A stretch of 41,998 nucleotides of DNA from a candidate division WOR-3 bacterium. Lineage in GTDB: Bacteria > Hydrothermota > Tepidihabitantia > SM23-42 > JAOAFX01. The DNA lies in contig JBDRWI010000011.1 of the NCBI GenBank assembly GCA_039802265.1, forward strand, positions 1 through 41,998, read 5' to 3'. The position numbers were made by a program, and so were the translations under genes. The notes beneath the pieces are model-generated. The model was not told where the DNA came from and did no database searches. It saw only the letters and a list, made by a program, of their open reading frames with translations. Of the stretch, positions 19,777 through 29,020 are shown in pieces (position 1 is the stretch's first letter; each line of letters opens with the position of its first letter).

Positions 19777-21627
19777 TTACTTATTAAGTTCAGTAAGTTT
19801 TATACGCGCCCTTTCCAGGTTCTTCTTCACATTTGGATAATTTGGATCTATCTTTAGGACTTTATCCCAGTAATCAATTGCCAGTTCAAAGTTATTCTTG
19901 GTATAGGCATCAATTCCCAAGAGATAATATCGGTCTGCATCCTCTTTCTTGCCGCCGGCGGTTTCTCTTTTTATTTTCTCAAGGTATGAGAGTGCCTGAA
20001 CATTCTTGGGTTCATATTCTAACACCTTCTGGAATTCACTTTCGGCATCGGTATATTTCTGGGCATTAAATAATTCTCTACCTTTGGTTAGATATTCGTT
20101 TATCCTTTCGGTTATTTTCTGGTCAATGAAAGTCTTTTGTTTGGAGAGATTCTCCTGATTTGGATATTTTCTGAGCATTTTTTTCACCAGGTCCTGAGCC
20201 TTTTTGAAACTTCCTTGATTGATTAGAGTATTTATCTTCCTTAAACTCTCGGTTATTTCATCAATCATCTTTTGATTTGCCTCGGCAATATGATTTCTTA
20301 TTGTGGCATTTGTGGGTTCCAATTTCAAAGCCTCATTCCAGAATTGAACTGCCTTTAGATAATCCTGGGCATTAAATTTCGCCAAACCTTGTTCAATTAG
20401 TTCCTTCACATTCTGGGTTGTCCCTTCTTTTATTTTCTTCTCACATTCAATCTTGAGATTTCTTATATCTGCCCGTGTTGAATCAAGTTCCAGGGCGCGT
20501 TGAAAATCATACAATGCCTCAAGGTAATTACCTTTGCTCATTTCTTTCTTCCCATCATTAAAGAAAACCTCAATGCTCGCTACCTTCTTTTCATTCTGGA
20601 CCCGCTCAATCCAATCCATCGCTACTTTATTATCCGGAAGCCAGATAAGTGACAGGTCAAATGAATTCAATGCCTCTTCCAACTTGCCGAGGTTGTAGTA
20701 TTCAATACCCTGATTAAGATAGGTCTCACTCATCATCTTTTCTTTGGCAAAGATCTCTTCCGGTTTCTTGACTTTTGGTCTTATTTGGTATGATAAAGTC
20801 AAAAAGTGCGTCCAGCCAAAAATCCCACACGGAGCAGAAGCGTAGTCAATTGAAATATTTTCAATTTTTAAACCAATCCCCAGACTTAGTTTTTCGTATG
20901 AATTTTCTGCATAGACATCGCTGTTATACCCAATCCTTATTCCAAAAAGATCAAGGGGTCTGTATTCTATTCCCCCATAATAACCCAGGGCATCTCTTAG
21001 CGGTTTGAGTAAATCAACCGAAAGAATTAGATTCTTAAATGGTTTAATGCATAAACCAATGCGAGCAGTTAGCGGAAGATTTGTATTTAAAACCTCCATT
21101 CCTAAATTTGTAAAACTTAAACCACCGTCAAAATATTCTGTAGTATATTTAAAACCGGTGCTCAAAAAGACCCCGGTTCCGGCGGTGGTTTCTATTCTTG
21201 TATTTATTCCGTTAAACCCTAATCCTAAACTCAGGTTATTATCAAATTTTTGTGCATAGACTAAACTTGGATTTAGAAAATAAGCATTATAATAACTATA
21301 GTTAAATGGATTCTGTTCGTCACGCATTTCAATTTTATTTGAAAATAATCCCCTAATCCCGAATCCGATGGTCCGATTTTTAGCAAGAGGATAAATTACA
21401 GCAATACTCCCTGAATGGGTGTCCATAAACCATCTCCCATAAAAACTTGAAAAATAGGGAAATTCTGAATAAAACCCGCCCGGGTTATAAAAAATACCAA
21501 AGGGCTCATCAGCAAGGGCGGTATAGGCACCACCAAGTGCAAATGCCCGACTGCCCACATTCATCCTTAAAAATTCAAGTCCCGAGGAGCTCTGGTTAAT
21601 AAGTAGGAGCAAAATTATTAGATTCAT
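19777..21627 (-). CDS. PorV/PorQ-like outer-membrane beta-barrel fused to C-terminal TPR repeats
   Basis: FLRMNVGSRAFALGGAYTALADEPFGIFYNPGG N-terminus; alternating beta-strand pattern ending THFLTLSY; then several TPR-like units (ALELDS, ALKLEP, VLEYEP, VLKIDP). Confidence 0.82.
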   Translation of the reverse strand: MNLIILLLLINQSSSGLEFLRMNVGSRAFALGGAYTALADEPFGIFYNPGGFYSEFPYFSSFYGRWFMDTHSGSIAVIYPLAKNRTIGFGIRGLFSNKIEMRDEQNPFNYSYYNAYFLNPSLVYAQKFDNNLSLGLGFNGINTRIETTAGTGVFLSTGFKYTTEYFDGGLSFTNLGMEVLNTNLPLTARIGLCIKPFKNLILSVDLLKPLRDALGYYGGIEYRPLDLFGIRIGYNSDVYAENSYEKLSLGIGLKIENISIDYASAPCGIFGWTHFLTLSYQIRPKVKKPEEIFAKEKMMSETYLNQGIEYYNLGKLEEALNSFDLSLIWLPDNKVAMDWIERVQNEKKVASIEVFFNDGKKEMSKGNYLEALYDFQRALELDSTRADIRNLKIECEKKIKEGTTQNVKELIEQGLAKFNAQDYLKAVQFWNEALKLEPTNATIRNHIAEANQKMIDEITESLRKINTLINQGSFKKAQDLVKKMLRKYPNQENLSKQKTFIDQKITERINEYLTKGRELFNAQKYTDAESEFQKVLEYEPKNVQALSYLEKIKRETAGGKKEDADRYYLLGIDAYTKNNFELAIDYWDKVLKIDPNYPNVKKNLERARIKLTELNK

Positions 21628-24600
21628 CTTATGACCCCAAACTTTTTCATCACCGTTGCCTTCTCTTTACCCGCAGTTGCTGTTGCCCGAAAAATATAGA
21701 TATCGCTGCCCATATTTTCTACCGACATTGTCTCTTCATAAAGTTTGCCTCCATCATAGTCCTTATCAATGAAGGTATGGATTTTACGCCCGGCCAGGGT
21801 GAAGATTTCTATCTTTAAATGGGCGTTCTGATTTAAATAAAACATAAATTTTATATAACTTTTTCTGGTTGGGTTAGGGAAGGCAAAACAGGAGTCCCTC
21901 GGCAAGAGATTGCCTTTGGTATTTATGTAAATTGTACCCGTAGTGTCGGTAATATTACTGTTCAAATCTTCACCCATTATTCTGAAATGAGCAGGCCCCT
22001 TAGCAAAACCACTGATTAATAGCCTGGCTGAATAATTTTGAGTGGAATCTTCTGAGACAAAAAATTGGAGCGAATCATTGAGGCTATCTTTTAACCAGAC
22101 CATTGGCGTGTCTAATAGAATCTCACTGGAGAGAATGGTAATTATTAGCGTATCACCAATGAAGGCGGTATCACGAGCAGAAATTGTAAATTGAGGCGGT
22201 GTGGTATCTAAAGGCGCAGAGATGTAGATACTACTGTCAGTGCTGCCAGAATTACCTTGTAAGTCGGTTCCTCTAATGATAATATGCCCCGGTCCGGACA
22301 CGAAAAGTAAATCACTTACATATACTCCCCCACCATAAAACAAAGGTGAAATCTGGGTGATTACAAATTGCAGCGAGTCGCCGCCATTATCCTTTAACCA
22401 GCCCGTGGGTAAACCACTTAAAGTTTCACTGGCAGTAAAAAATATGATCAGCGTATCATTCAGGAAACAGGTATCCGGGGCAGAAATCACAAACTGTGGT
22501 GGGGAATTATCCAGTGAATCAATATAGATTGTGCTATCGGCACTACCCGGATTGTTATGCAGGTCGGTTCCCCGGACAATGAGATGCCCAGAGCCAATTG
22601 CCAGACCACTGACATAGACCTTACCCGAATAATTCAAGGGCGCAGTCTCAATTACGGTGAACTGGATTGAATCATTTAGCATATCTCTCAGGTGGGCGAT
22701 TGGTAGATTTTGCAGTAATTCATCGCTCGTAAAAGTAATAAAAAGGGTATCATTAAGATATGTAGTATCAGGTGCAGATATTACAAAATGGGGCGAGGTT
22801 GTATCAGGAACTATGTTTTTGTAGTAAATAATCCTGTATGGAAAGGTATCACCTTCGGTCCAGACCAAATTACAACTGTAAGATGAAGAAGGGTTATCAG
22901 AACCTAAAGGAGTGCTGCTGATATTCTCTGCAGGGAGCCAGTTCTGTTGATGGTCTCTGACCTTCCGATAAATTTCCCCGGCTTCGCTGTAATAAAGATA
23001 GATATTATTAAAGGAATCTATTGAAACGGTTGGTTTATTTGATCTTGCTGAATTCTGAGTTAGGTTTGAATCCAAACTCCAGCCGAAATTAGGAGTAAAT
23101 CTCTTATAAAAAATATCAAAATCCCCCGGGGTGGAGTCGGCCCAAAACAGATGGATATTACCAAATGTGTCCACAGCAGCAAATGGTGAAGTTGAATTTC
23201 CTGAATTTGTGGTTAGGACAGATTCGGCAAGCCATTGATTTCCATCATAACGACGATACCTGATTTCAAAATTGGTTGGTGTGGTATTGGTATTGTCGCT
23301 AAAAAAGAGATAGAGTTGGTTGTGTGATAGAATAAATGGGTCTTTTGAAACACCTCCAGTATTGCTTAAATTTACCGGGGGTGTCCAGTTTCCCTGCAAA
23401 AAATTATAACGCCGATAGTAAATTTCCCCGCTCTGCCTTTCCTGCCAGACGAGATGCAGGTCATTATTGGCGGTTACCACAACCGATGGATTTTCGGACG
23501 GCTCTGATGTATTTGTCAATCTGATAACTGTATCCCAAACTACACCATCAAATCTTCTATAAACAATTTCAAAGTTTCCATTTATTTCTTCTTCCCAGAA
23601 GACAAAAAGATGGTTGTTATAATCTACAACAATTGTTCCATTTAAAGATGGGGCGTCGCGACTATTGCTCAAATCCACAGGCTCCTGCCAGTTAATTCCA
23701 TCAATTGAACTTGTGTAAAATATCTCCGGTGGAGAAAATGTTGAATAGACCAGATGAATTCTGCCCCAATTGTCAAGGGCAACCTTTCTTCCTTGACTTC
23801 GGGCTGTCGCATATGGGATTTTAGTAACCAGCGGCTTTTTTCTTAGATAAAATAGTTTAATGGCTGAATCGGCATTTAAAAAACCGTCAATACAATAGAC
23901 CTTTGCTTGGTACAAGCCATTTTTTTGTAGAACGCCCAGACTATCAAAACCATCCCAGAATAATGAATCGGGCTTGCCGAGTCCCTCCATTTTAGAACAA
24001 ATAGTTGTATCATCGCGGACAATCTCCAGTACCCAGAAATAAATTCCGTTAGTGTCTGAGGCATTGATAGTAAATTTAATACTGTCTTCGTTACCATCTC
24101 CATCCGGTGAGAAGGAGTCGGGTGCACTAATACTTACTATCGGTCTTGTAGTATCAGTAAAACTATAAACACCGGAAAGATTGCCAAGATATATGGAATG
24201 AAGGAAGGGCGATAAATCTATTGTCATGGAGAGGTTTCCGGGGAGATTGGGACTAATGTTGGAAAAACTATCACCACCATTTAGTGAAAAGAAGACCTTA
24301 CTGTAACCAGAGCCAATAAAGAGATAAATGGGAAGGTTTTTAAAAACCTTTATATCACCTACAGTAAGTTCAGGATAAGAAGTTGGATTCCAACTTGAGC
24401 CACCATCGGTTGAACGATAAAGGGTGGGCTGGATTATCTGGGTGGATTTTAGTCCGGCATAAAGTAACCATGGAAAGTAGCCATCAATATTTATCCTGCT
24501 AAATGGTTCATTAGGCAAACCACTTGTCAATTGATAAAAATTCTGACCAAAATTGTTGCTCTTAAAAACGCCGCTATTGGTAGCAATATACAAAGTCTCC

Positions 24601-26003
24601 GATGCATAAGGATGGATATTGACATTATTATAACCTTTGAGTGAATCGGTAATGAACCAGTTCATTCCATTATTGGTGCTTCTAAAAAAGTACTTCTTCG
24701 TTGTGGCATAGGCATAATTCGGTTGATTCTTATCAATCTCCATGTCCGATACGATTTCTGCTCCAATGTATGATGCATCCCAGTTCATTCCATTGTCACT
24801 GGTATGATGAATTAAAAATAAACCACCAATTAGAATATTTGCGCTATCTTGGGGGTTTATGGAAATTGAAGTAAATAATGGATAAGAGGGTATTGTTCCA
24901 TACCGGAACCAGGTCTGTGCATTATCTACACTCTTATATAACCCACCAAAACTTACCGCATAGATGGATTGGCTGTTAATTGGATTTACCTCAATATCCC
25001 AGATGATATTGGCATCTAAATTTTGATTTCTCTCCTGCCAGGTGATGCCATGGTTTGTAGAATAGAAGAATCCACCGGTTGTGCCCGCAAGAATTGTATC
25101 ACCGATGATTTCAATCGTATTGACAATCCGATAAATCAAACCATTATTTCGGGGAATAAAATTTGAATCACCAATTGCCCCAATCCAGACTCCATTTGAC
25201 CAGGTACTGACGAGGATACTATCACCCAACCGGACAAAATCCGAAATTGGTACTTGTAATGATGTGCTATGCCACTGTTGTGTTAAACTATCCCTTCGGT
25301 AATAGAGACCACCTTCACAGCCGGTGTAGAGATATTTGCTCAGTAATCCCATAAGAAACCAATCTATTTTCCAAACGAAGGGGTCTGGTGAAGGAACGCT
25401 GATCCAGGTAAGCCCTAAATCTGGGCTGGTGTAAACGCCTCTACCGGAAGTCGCCAGATAGATATTTAAGGTATCTTTTGTAAAGGCAACTATCTTAGTT
25501 GTATCCCCCGGACTCGGAGTGATAAGATTCCAGTTTACACCACCATCGGTTGAACGATACAGACCATTAGCATCGGTTCCAAGGAAAAAAGTATTATTAT
25601 TATAACGGAAGATTGCATTTATTGCAATTGTCTCTGGGACCGTAGAGTTACGCGACCAGGTCATACCACCGTCGCTTGTTTGCCAGAGACCACCGTAATC
25701 AAGTCCAGCAAATAAACTATTCGGTCCGACTCCGATAAGCGAATTAACGGTTGCGTATTGAATTCCAGCTCTTCTTGGTTGCCAGGCACCTGCTTCAAGT
25801 CGGTAAATTCCATTCATCAAAAGTCCAAGATAGATAAACTGCCCATCGGTTGTAATATCACCGATATCCCCCCCATATGGTCCATTTGATGTCCAGATAT
25901 GGTCGCCCCGGGCAAGAAAATTATGGCTATAATCACGCGGAATAAAATTTAAAATTTCGGGTCGGATCAACAAAAAGATTAAAGGCAGAAATTCAAAGCT
26001 CAT
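21624..26003 (-). CDS. Large secreted protein: Asp-box beta-propellers, FlgD-like Ig, second propeller, three Ig-like repeats, T9SS-type C-terminal sorting domain
   Basis: Many SxDGGxxW/SxNNG boxes; FSPDGDG...WDG; three DxxPPxFxISA repeats; C-terminal FPNP...IEIFTLAGRKI...IYIF...KKF. Confidence 0.8.
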   Translation of the reverse strand: MSFEFLPLIFLLIRPEILNFIPRDYSHNFLARGDHIWTSNGPYGGDIGDITTDGQFIYLGLLMNGIYRLEAGAWQPRRAGIQYATVNSLIGVGPNSLFAGLDYGGLWQTSDGGMTWSRNSTVPETIAINAIFRYNNNTFFLGTDANGLYRSTDGGVNWNLITPSPGDTTKIVAFTKDTLNIYLATSGRGVYTSPDLGLTWISVPSPDPFVWKIDWFLMGLLSKYLYTGCEGGLYYRRDSLTQQWHSTSLQVPISDFVRLGDSILVSTWSNGVWIGAIGDSNFIPRNNGLIYRIVNTIEIIGDTILAGTTGGFFYSTNHGITWQERNQNLDANIIWDIEVNPINSQSIYAVSFGGLYKSVDNAQTWFRYGTIPSYPLFTSISINPQDSANILIGGLFLIHHTSDNGMNWDASYIGAEIVSDMEIDKNQPNYAYATTKKYFFRSTNNGMNWFITDSLKGYNNVNIHPYASETLYIATNSGVFKSNNFGQNFYQLTSGLPNEPFSRINIDGYFPWLLYAGLKSTQIIQPTLYRSTDGGSSWNPTSYPELTVGDIKVFKNLPIYLFIGSGYSKVFFSLNGGDSFSNISPNLPGNLSMTIDLSPFLHSIYLGNLSGVYSFTDTTRPIVSISAPDSFSPDGDGNEDSIKFTINASDTNGIYFWVLEIVRDDTTICSKMEGLGKPDSLFWDGFDSLGVLQKNGLYQAKVYCIDGFLNADSAIKLFYLRKKPLVTKIPYATARSQGRKVALDNWGRIHLVYSTFSPPEIFYTSSIDGINWQEPVDLSNSRDAPSLNGTIVVDYNNHLFVFWEEEINGNFEIVYRRFDGVVWDTVIRLTNTSEPSENPSVVVTANNDLHLVWQERQSGEIYYRRYNFLQGNWTPPVNLSNTGGVSKDPFILSHNQLYLFFSDNTNTTPTNFEIRYRRYDGNQWLAESVLTTNSGNSTSPFAAVDTFGNIHLFWADSTPGDFDIFYKRFTPNFGWSLDSNLTQNSARSNKPTVSIDSFNNIYLYYSEAGEIYRKVRDHQQNWLPAENISSTPLGSDNPSSSYSCNLVWTEGDTFPYRIIYYKNIVPDTTSPHFVISAPDTTYLNDTLFITFTSDELLQNLPIAHLRDMLNDSIQFTVIETAPLNYSGKVYVSGLAIGSGHLIVRGTDLHNNPGSADSTIYIDSLDNSPPQFVISAPDTCFLNDTLIIFFTASETLSGLPTGWLKDNGGDSLQFVITQISPLFYGGGVYVSDLLFVSGPGHIIIRGTDLQGNSGSTDSSIYISAPLDTTPPQFTISARDTAFIGDTLIITILSSEILLDTPMVWLKDSLNDSLQFFVSEDSTQNYSARLLISGFAKGPAHFRIMGEDLNSNITDTTGTIYINTKGNLLPRDSCFAFPNPTRKSYIKFMFYLNQNAHLKIEIFTLAGRKIHTFIDKDYDGGKLYEETMSVENMGSDIYIFRATATAGKEKATVMKKFGVIR

Positions 26004-26008
26004 ATTAT

Positions 26009-26036
26009 ATTATACCCTTTCTATTATCCTTGTCAA
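26009..26036 (-). promoter_or_regulatory. sigma70-type promoter of the secreted-protein/cyclase operon (leaderless)
   Basis: Minus strand TTGACA-N16-TATAAT; ATG 5 nt downstream. Confidence 0.75.
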
Positions 26037-26058
26037 TATCACGGGGAAGTCGCTTATA

Positions 26059-26829
26059 TCAAAAGTTGAACCGCAGAATTGAATTTGCCCGACCCGTTTT
26101 TTCATTAAAGTCTATGATCACGCCATTGGCAAGGATATTTTCTTTGGCTACTTTAAACCGGCGCGGAATTTGGAGAATGAAATGTTCAATTATTTCATCT
26201 TCTTTATCACCGATTACTGAATTTGTCGAGCCGACCATACCAACATCTGTAATATATGCACACTGGCCATCAATTATTTGCTCGTCAGCAGTCTGGACAT
26301 GGGTGTGGGTTCCGATGATACCAGTAACATATTTATAAAGATAAAAGGCAAGTGCCCTCTTCTCGGCGGTTGCTTCAGCGTGAAAATCAATGAAAATGTT
26401 CTTTGTCTCCTTCTGGATTTCTCTTACGAGCCTCTCCCCTATTCTGAACGGGTCTTCAAGAGGTTTCATAAATATCCGACCTTCAAGGTTAATGACTCCC
26501 AATTTTACGCCATCTTTTTCATAAATACCATAGCCCCTTCCCGGAACACCGGAAGGATAGTTTGCCGGCCTTAAAATTCGGGGTTCGGTATCAAGGAATC
26601 TGTAGACTTCTTTATATTTCCAAACATGATTACCGGTTGAGATACAATTTATGCCTGCATCAAACATTTCGAGGGCAGTCTTTTCGGTGATACCAATTCC
26701 GCCCGCAAGATTTTCACCCTGGGCAATAGTGAAAAATATTTTTTCTTTAGTGATTATCTCCGGTAGATTTTCTTTTATTTTTTTCCTTCCAGGTTCACCA
26801 ATAATGTCACCAATAAATAAAAGTCTCAT
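26059..26829 (-). CDS. ymdB: YmdB-family metallophosphoesterase (TIGR00282-like)
   Basis: LFIGDIIG, GENLAGG, TGNH, RPANYP, DFHAEATAEK, GTHTHV, TDVGMVG. Confidence 0.93.
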   Translation of the reverse strand: MRLLFIGDIIGEPGRKKIKENLPEIITKEKIFFTIAQGENLAGGIGITEKTALEMFDAGINCISTGNHVWKYKEVYRFLDTEPRILRPANYPSGVPGRGYGIYEKDGVKLGVINLEGRIFMKPLEDPFRIGERLVREIQKETKNIFIDFHAEATAEKRALAFYLYKYVTGIIGTHTHVQTADEQIIDGQCAYITDVGMVGSTNSVIGDKEDEIIEHFILQIPRRFKVAKENILANGVIIDFNEKTGRANSILRFNF

Positions 26830-26837
26830 TTCTTTTT

Positions 26838-26865
26838 ATTCTATTCAATTTTCTTGTTAATGCAA
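26838..26865 (-). promoter_or_regulatory. sigma70-type promoter of ymdB
   Basis: Minus strand TTGCAT-N16-TAGAAT; ATG 8 nt downstream, no SD. Confidence 0.55.
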
Positions 26866-26882
26866 TAGATAGAAGTAAATGG

Positions 26883-27058
26883 TATATTTTATTGTATAGG
26901 AATTTGAAAAATTCCTATACAGTGGTAATGAAATTTTTCATTATAGTTAAAAAAAACACAAGATATTCAGGGGAGGATGATATGAAAATGGTCTCCGCAC
27001 AAAGAGACGGTTAGCTATATAGCGGGGGTTTTCAGGGGGTATCCCCCTGAATATCTTG
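26883..27058 (+). repeat. Copy 2 of the structured non-coding element (candidate ncRNA or non-autonomous mobile element)
   Basis: Near-identical to the reverse complement of 1-162. Hairpins at 26891-26923 and 26926-26943; perfect 15-bp inverted repeat 26959-26973/27044-27058. Confidence 0.95.
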
Positions 27059-27258
27059 CAGTTAATCTAATTTCCAATGGTTGTTCACTTTTGCAAAAAC
27101 TCGAGTTTGTAAATTCGCGTTATACCGAATTACCGATTCCAGTTAAACTCCTCCCGTTGTTGTAGGGAGAAGATAAGCGCTGAATTATCTTTGGTTCATT
27201 TCAATATCTGCCGATAGGAAATTTAGAATATAATAAAAACGGTGGAAGATTGTATTAT

Positions 27259-28602
27259 TTAGAGAATCTTTGACAATACCTCAACGAATCTATCCATCTC
27301 CTCTTTTGTCCTTTTTTCGGTAACTGCAATCAAAAGACTGTCTTTTTGATTTTTATCAAAGATAGATAAGGGTACGCCGGCAAAGATTTTATGTTCTAAT
27401 AATCTATCAACAACCTCCTGGGCAGGGATGCTTGTCTTTACTGCAAATTCCTTAAAAAATTCTCTGTTGTATAATGGCTTAATTCCCCGTAATTCTTTTA
27501 AACGATTGTACAGATAATGACTTTTTGCCAGGCACAGATTCCCAACATCCACTATTCCCTGCTTACCCAGTGTGCATAAATAAATTAACGAACTCAAGGC
27601 ACAAAGCGCCTCATTTGTACAGATATTAGAAGTTGCCTTCTCCCTCCTGATGTGTTGCTCACGAGTCTGTAAGGTTAAGACAAAGCCTCGTTTACCTTCA
27701 ATATCTACCGTTTCACCCACCACCCGACCTGGCATATACCTTACAAATTCCATTTTTGTGGCAAAGATTCCAAGAAGCGGTCCGCCAAACCCCTGGGGAA
27801 TTCCCATACACTGCCCCTCGCCGACCGCGATATCTGCATTATATTCACCAGGCGGCATAATAATCCCGAGGGAAATCGGGTCAATCACTGCAATAAATAG
27901 GGCGCCCCTTTTATGGACCAGTTCAGAGATGTCATGCATCATCTCAAGATTTCCCAGGAAGTTAGGATGCTGAACAGCCACACAACTCGTCTTCTCATCT
28001 ATCATGCTCTCCAGCACATCAAGGTTCAATATTCCATCTTTTGCCGGGCAGCGCAGGATTTCTATACCATATTCATTGGTATAAGTCGCGACAATCCGCT
28101 GATACCAGGGATGGATAAGTTCAGAAATGATTACCCTTTTCCGGCCGTTTATCGCACAAGCCATATGACAGGCCTCAGCAAGGGCAGAACCACCATCATA
28201 CATTGATGCATTGGAAACTTCCATGCCCGTCAACTCACAGATAGCACTCTGATATTCAAATATCGTTTGCAAAGTTCCCTGCGATACTTCTGCCTGATAC
28301 GGGGTATAGGCAGTATAAAACTCGCTCCGAGATATGATGTTATCAACGATTGCCGGAATGTAGTGGTCGTAGACCCCGGCACCAAGAAAAGAGATATAAT
28401 CTTCGGTATTAAGATTATTTTCAGCCAGTGATTTCAGAAATCTTCTTACTTCAATCTCTGAAGATTTCGGGGGCAATCCGATTTCACCCTTATATTGTAG
28501 GTCGTTGGGGACAATCTGGTCTATTAATTCCTGAAAGGAATTTACTCCCAGTTTTTTTAAGATTTTTTCTTCATCCTGTGGAGTAAGCGGGATATAATGC
28601 AT
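27259..28602 (-). CDS. gcvPA: Glycine dehydrogenase (decarboxylating) subunit 1
   Basis: SFLGAGVYDHYIP, YTAYTPYQAEVSQG, NASMYDG, TREQHIRREKATSNICTN. Confidence 0.97.
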   Translation of the reverse strand: MHYIPLTPQDEEKILKKLGVNSFQELIDQIVPNDLQYKGEIGLPPKSSEIEVRRFLKSLAENNLNTEDYISFLGAGVYDHYIPAIVDNIISRSEFYTAYTPYQAEVSQGTLQTIFEYQSAICELTGMEVSNASMYDGGSALAEACHMACAINGRKRVIISELIHPWYQRIVATYTNEYGIEILRCPAKDGILNLDVLESMIDEKTSCVAVQHPNFLGNLEMMHDISELVHKRGALFIAVIDPISLGIIMPPGEYNADIAVGEGQCMGIPQGFGGPLLGIFATKMEFVRYMPGRVVGETVDIEGKRGFVLTLQTREQHIRREKATSNICTNEALCALSSLIYLCTLGKQGIVDVGNLCLAKSHYLYNRLKELRGIKPLYNREFFKEFAVKTSIPAQEVVDRLLEHKIFAGVPLSIFDKNQKDSLLIAVTEKRTKEEMDRFVEVLSKIL

Positions 28603-28988
28603 TAGTGTCCTGCGATTAAAGACCTGTATTGGTCGGCGGTTAAAAGTTTTTCATACTCGGATGGGTCGTCAAGTTTTAATTTATAGAGCCAGCCTTCGTT
28701 ATATGGGTCTTTATTTATGATACTCGGGTCCTTGACAACCTTTTCATTTACCTCAATAACTTCACCGCTCAGTGGAGCATAGAGGTCACTTACCGCCTTG
28801 ACTGCCTCAATGGTTCCCACCGCCTCATTTGCCTTTATCTTTCGTCCTAACTTAGGTGGGTCCACCATCACAATATCAGAAAGTTCTGATTGGGCATAGT
28901 CCGTGATACCGGTTACAGCAATATCACCTTCTACCTTTGCCCATTCATGTTCCTTGGTATATCTTATTCCTTCTATTACCTCTGCCAT
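28602..28988 (-). CDS. gcvH: Glycine cleavage system H protein
   Basis: YTKEHEW, GITDYAQ, lipoyl-Lys in EAVKAV, NKDPYNEGW. Confidence 0.97.
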   Translation of the reverse strand: MAEVIEGIRYTKEHEWAKVEGDIAVTGITDYAQSELSDIVMVDPPKLGRKIKANEAVGTIEAVKAVSDLYAPLSGEVIEVNEKVVKDPSIINKDPYNEGWLYKLKLDDPSEYEKLLTADQYRSLIAGH

Positions 28989-29020
28989 TTAGCCTCCTTT
29001 AAAAATTTAGTTAATTATGC

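Noticed and set aside
27012..27014. Stop-codon recoding (TAG versus TTG in the micro-ORF)
   Set aside because: Single instance. TAG terminates ordinary genes here (priA, mreB, rnfG) and no pyl genes are seen.
26959..27058. Simple MITE with 15-bp terminal inverted repeats and CA target duplication
   Set aside because: Homology between the copies extends about 75 bp beyond the left inverted repeat, so it is not the element end.
26950..27060. 6S RNA, SRP RNA, tRNA or c-di-GMP riboswitch identity for the repeated element
   Set aside because: No cloverleaf, no SRP GGAA-loop motif and no GEMM GAAA/GCAAAG core. Two near-identical dispersed copies also fit these families poorly. An Rfam scan is still needed.
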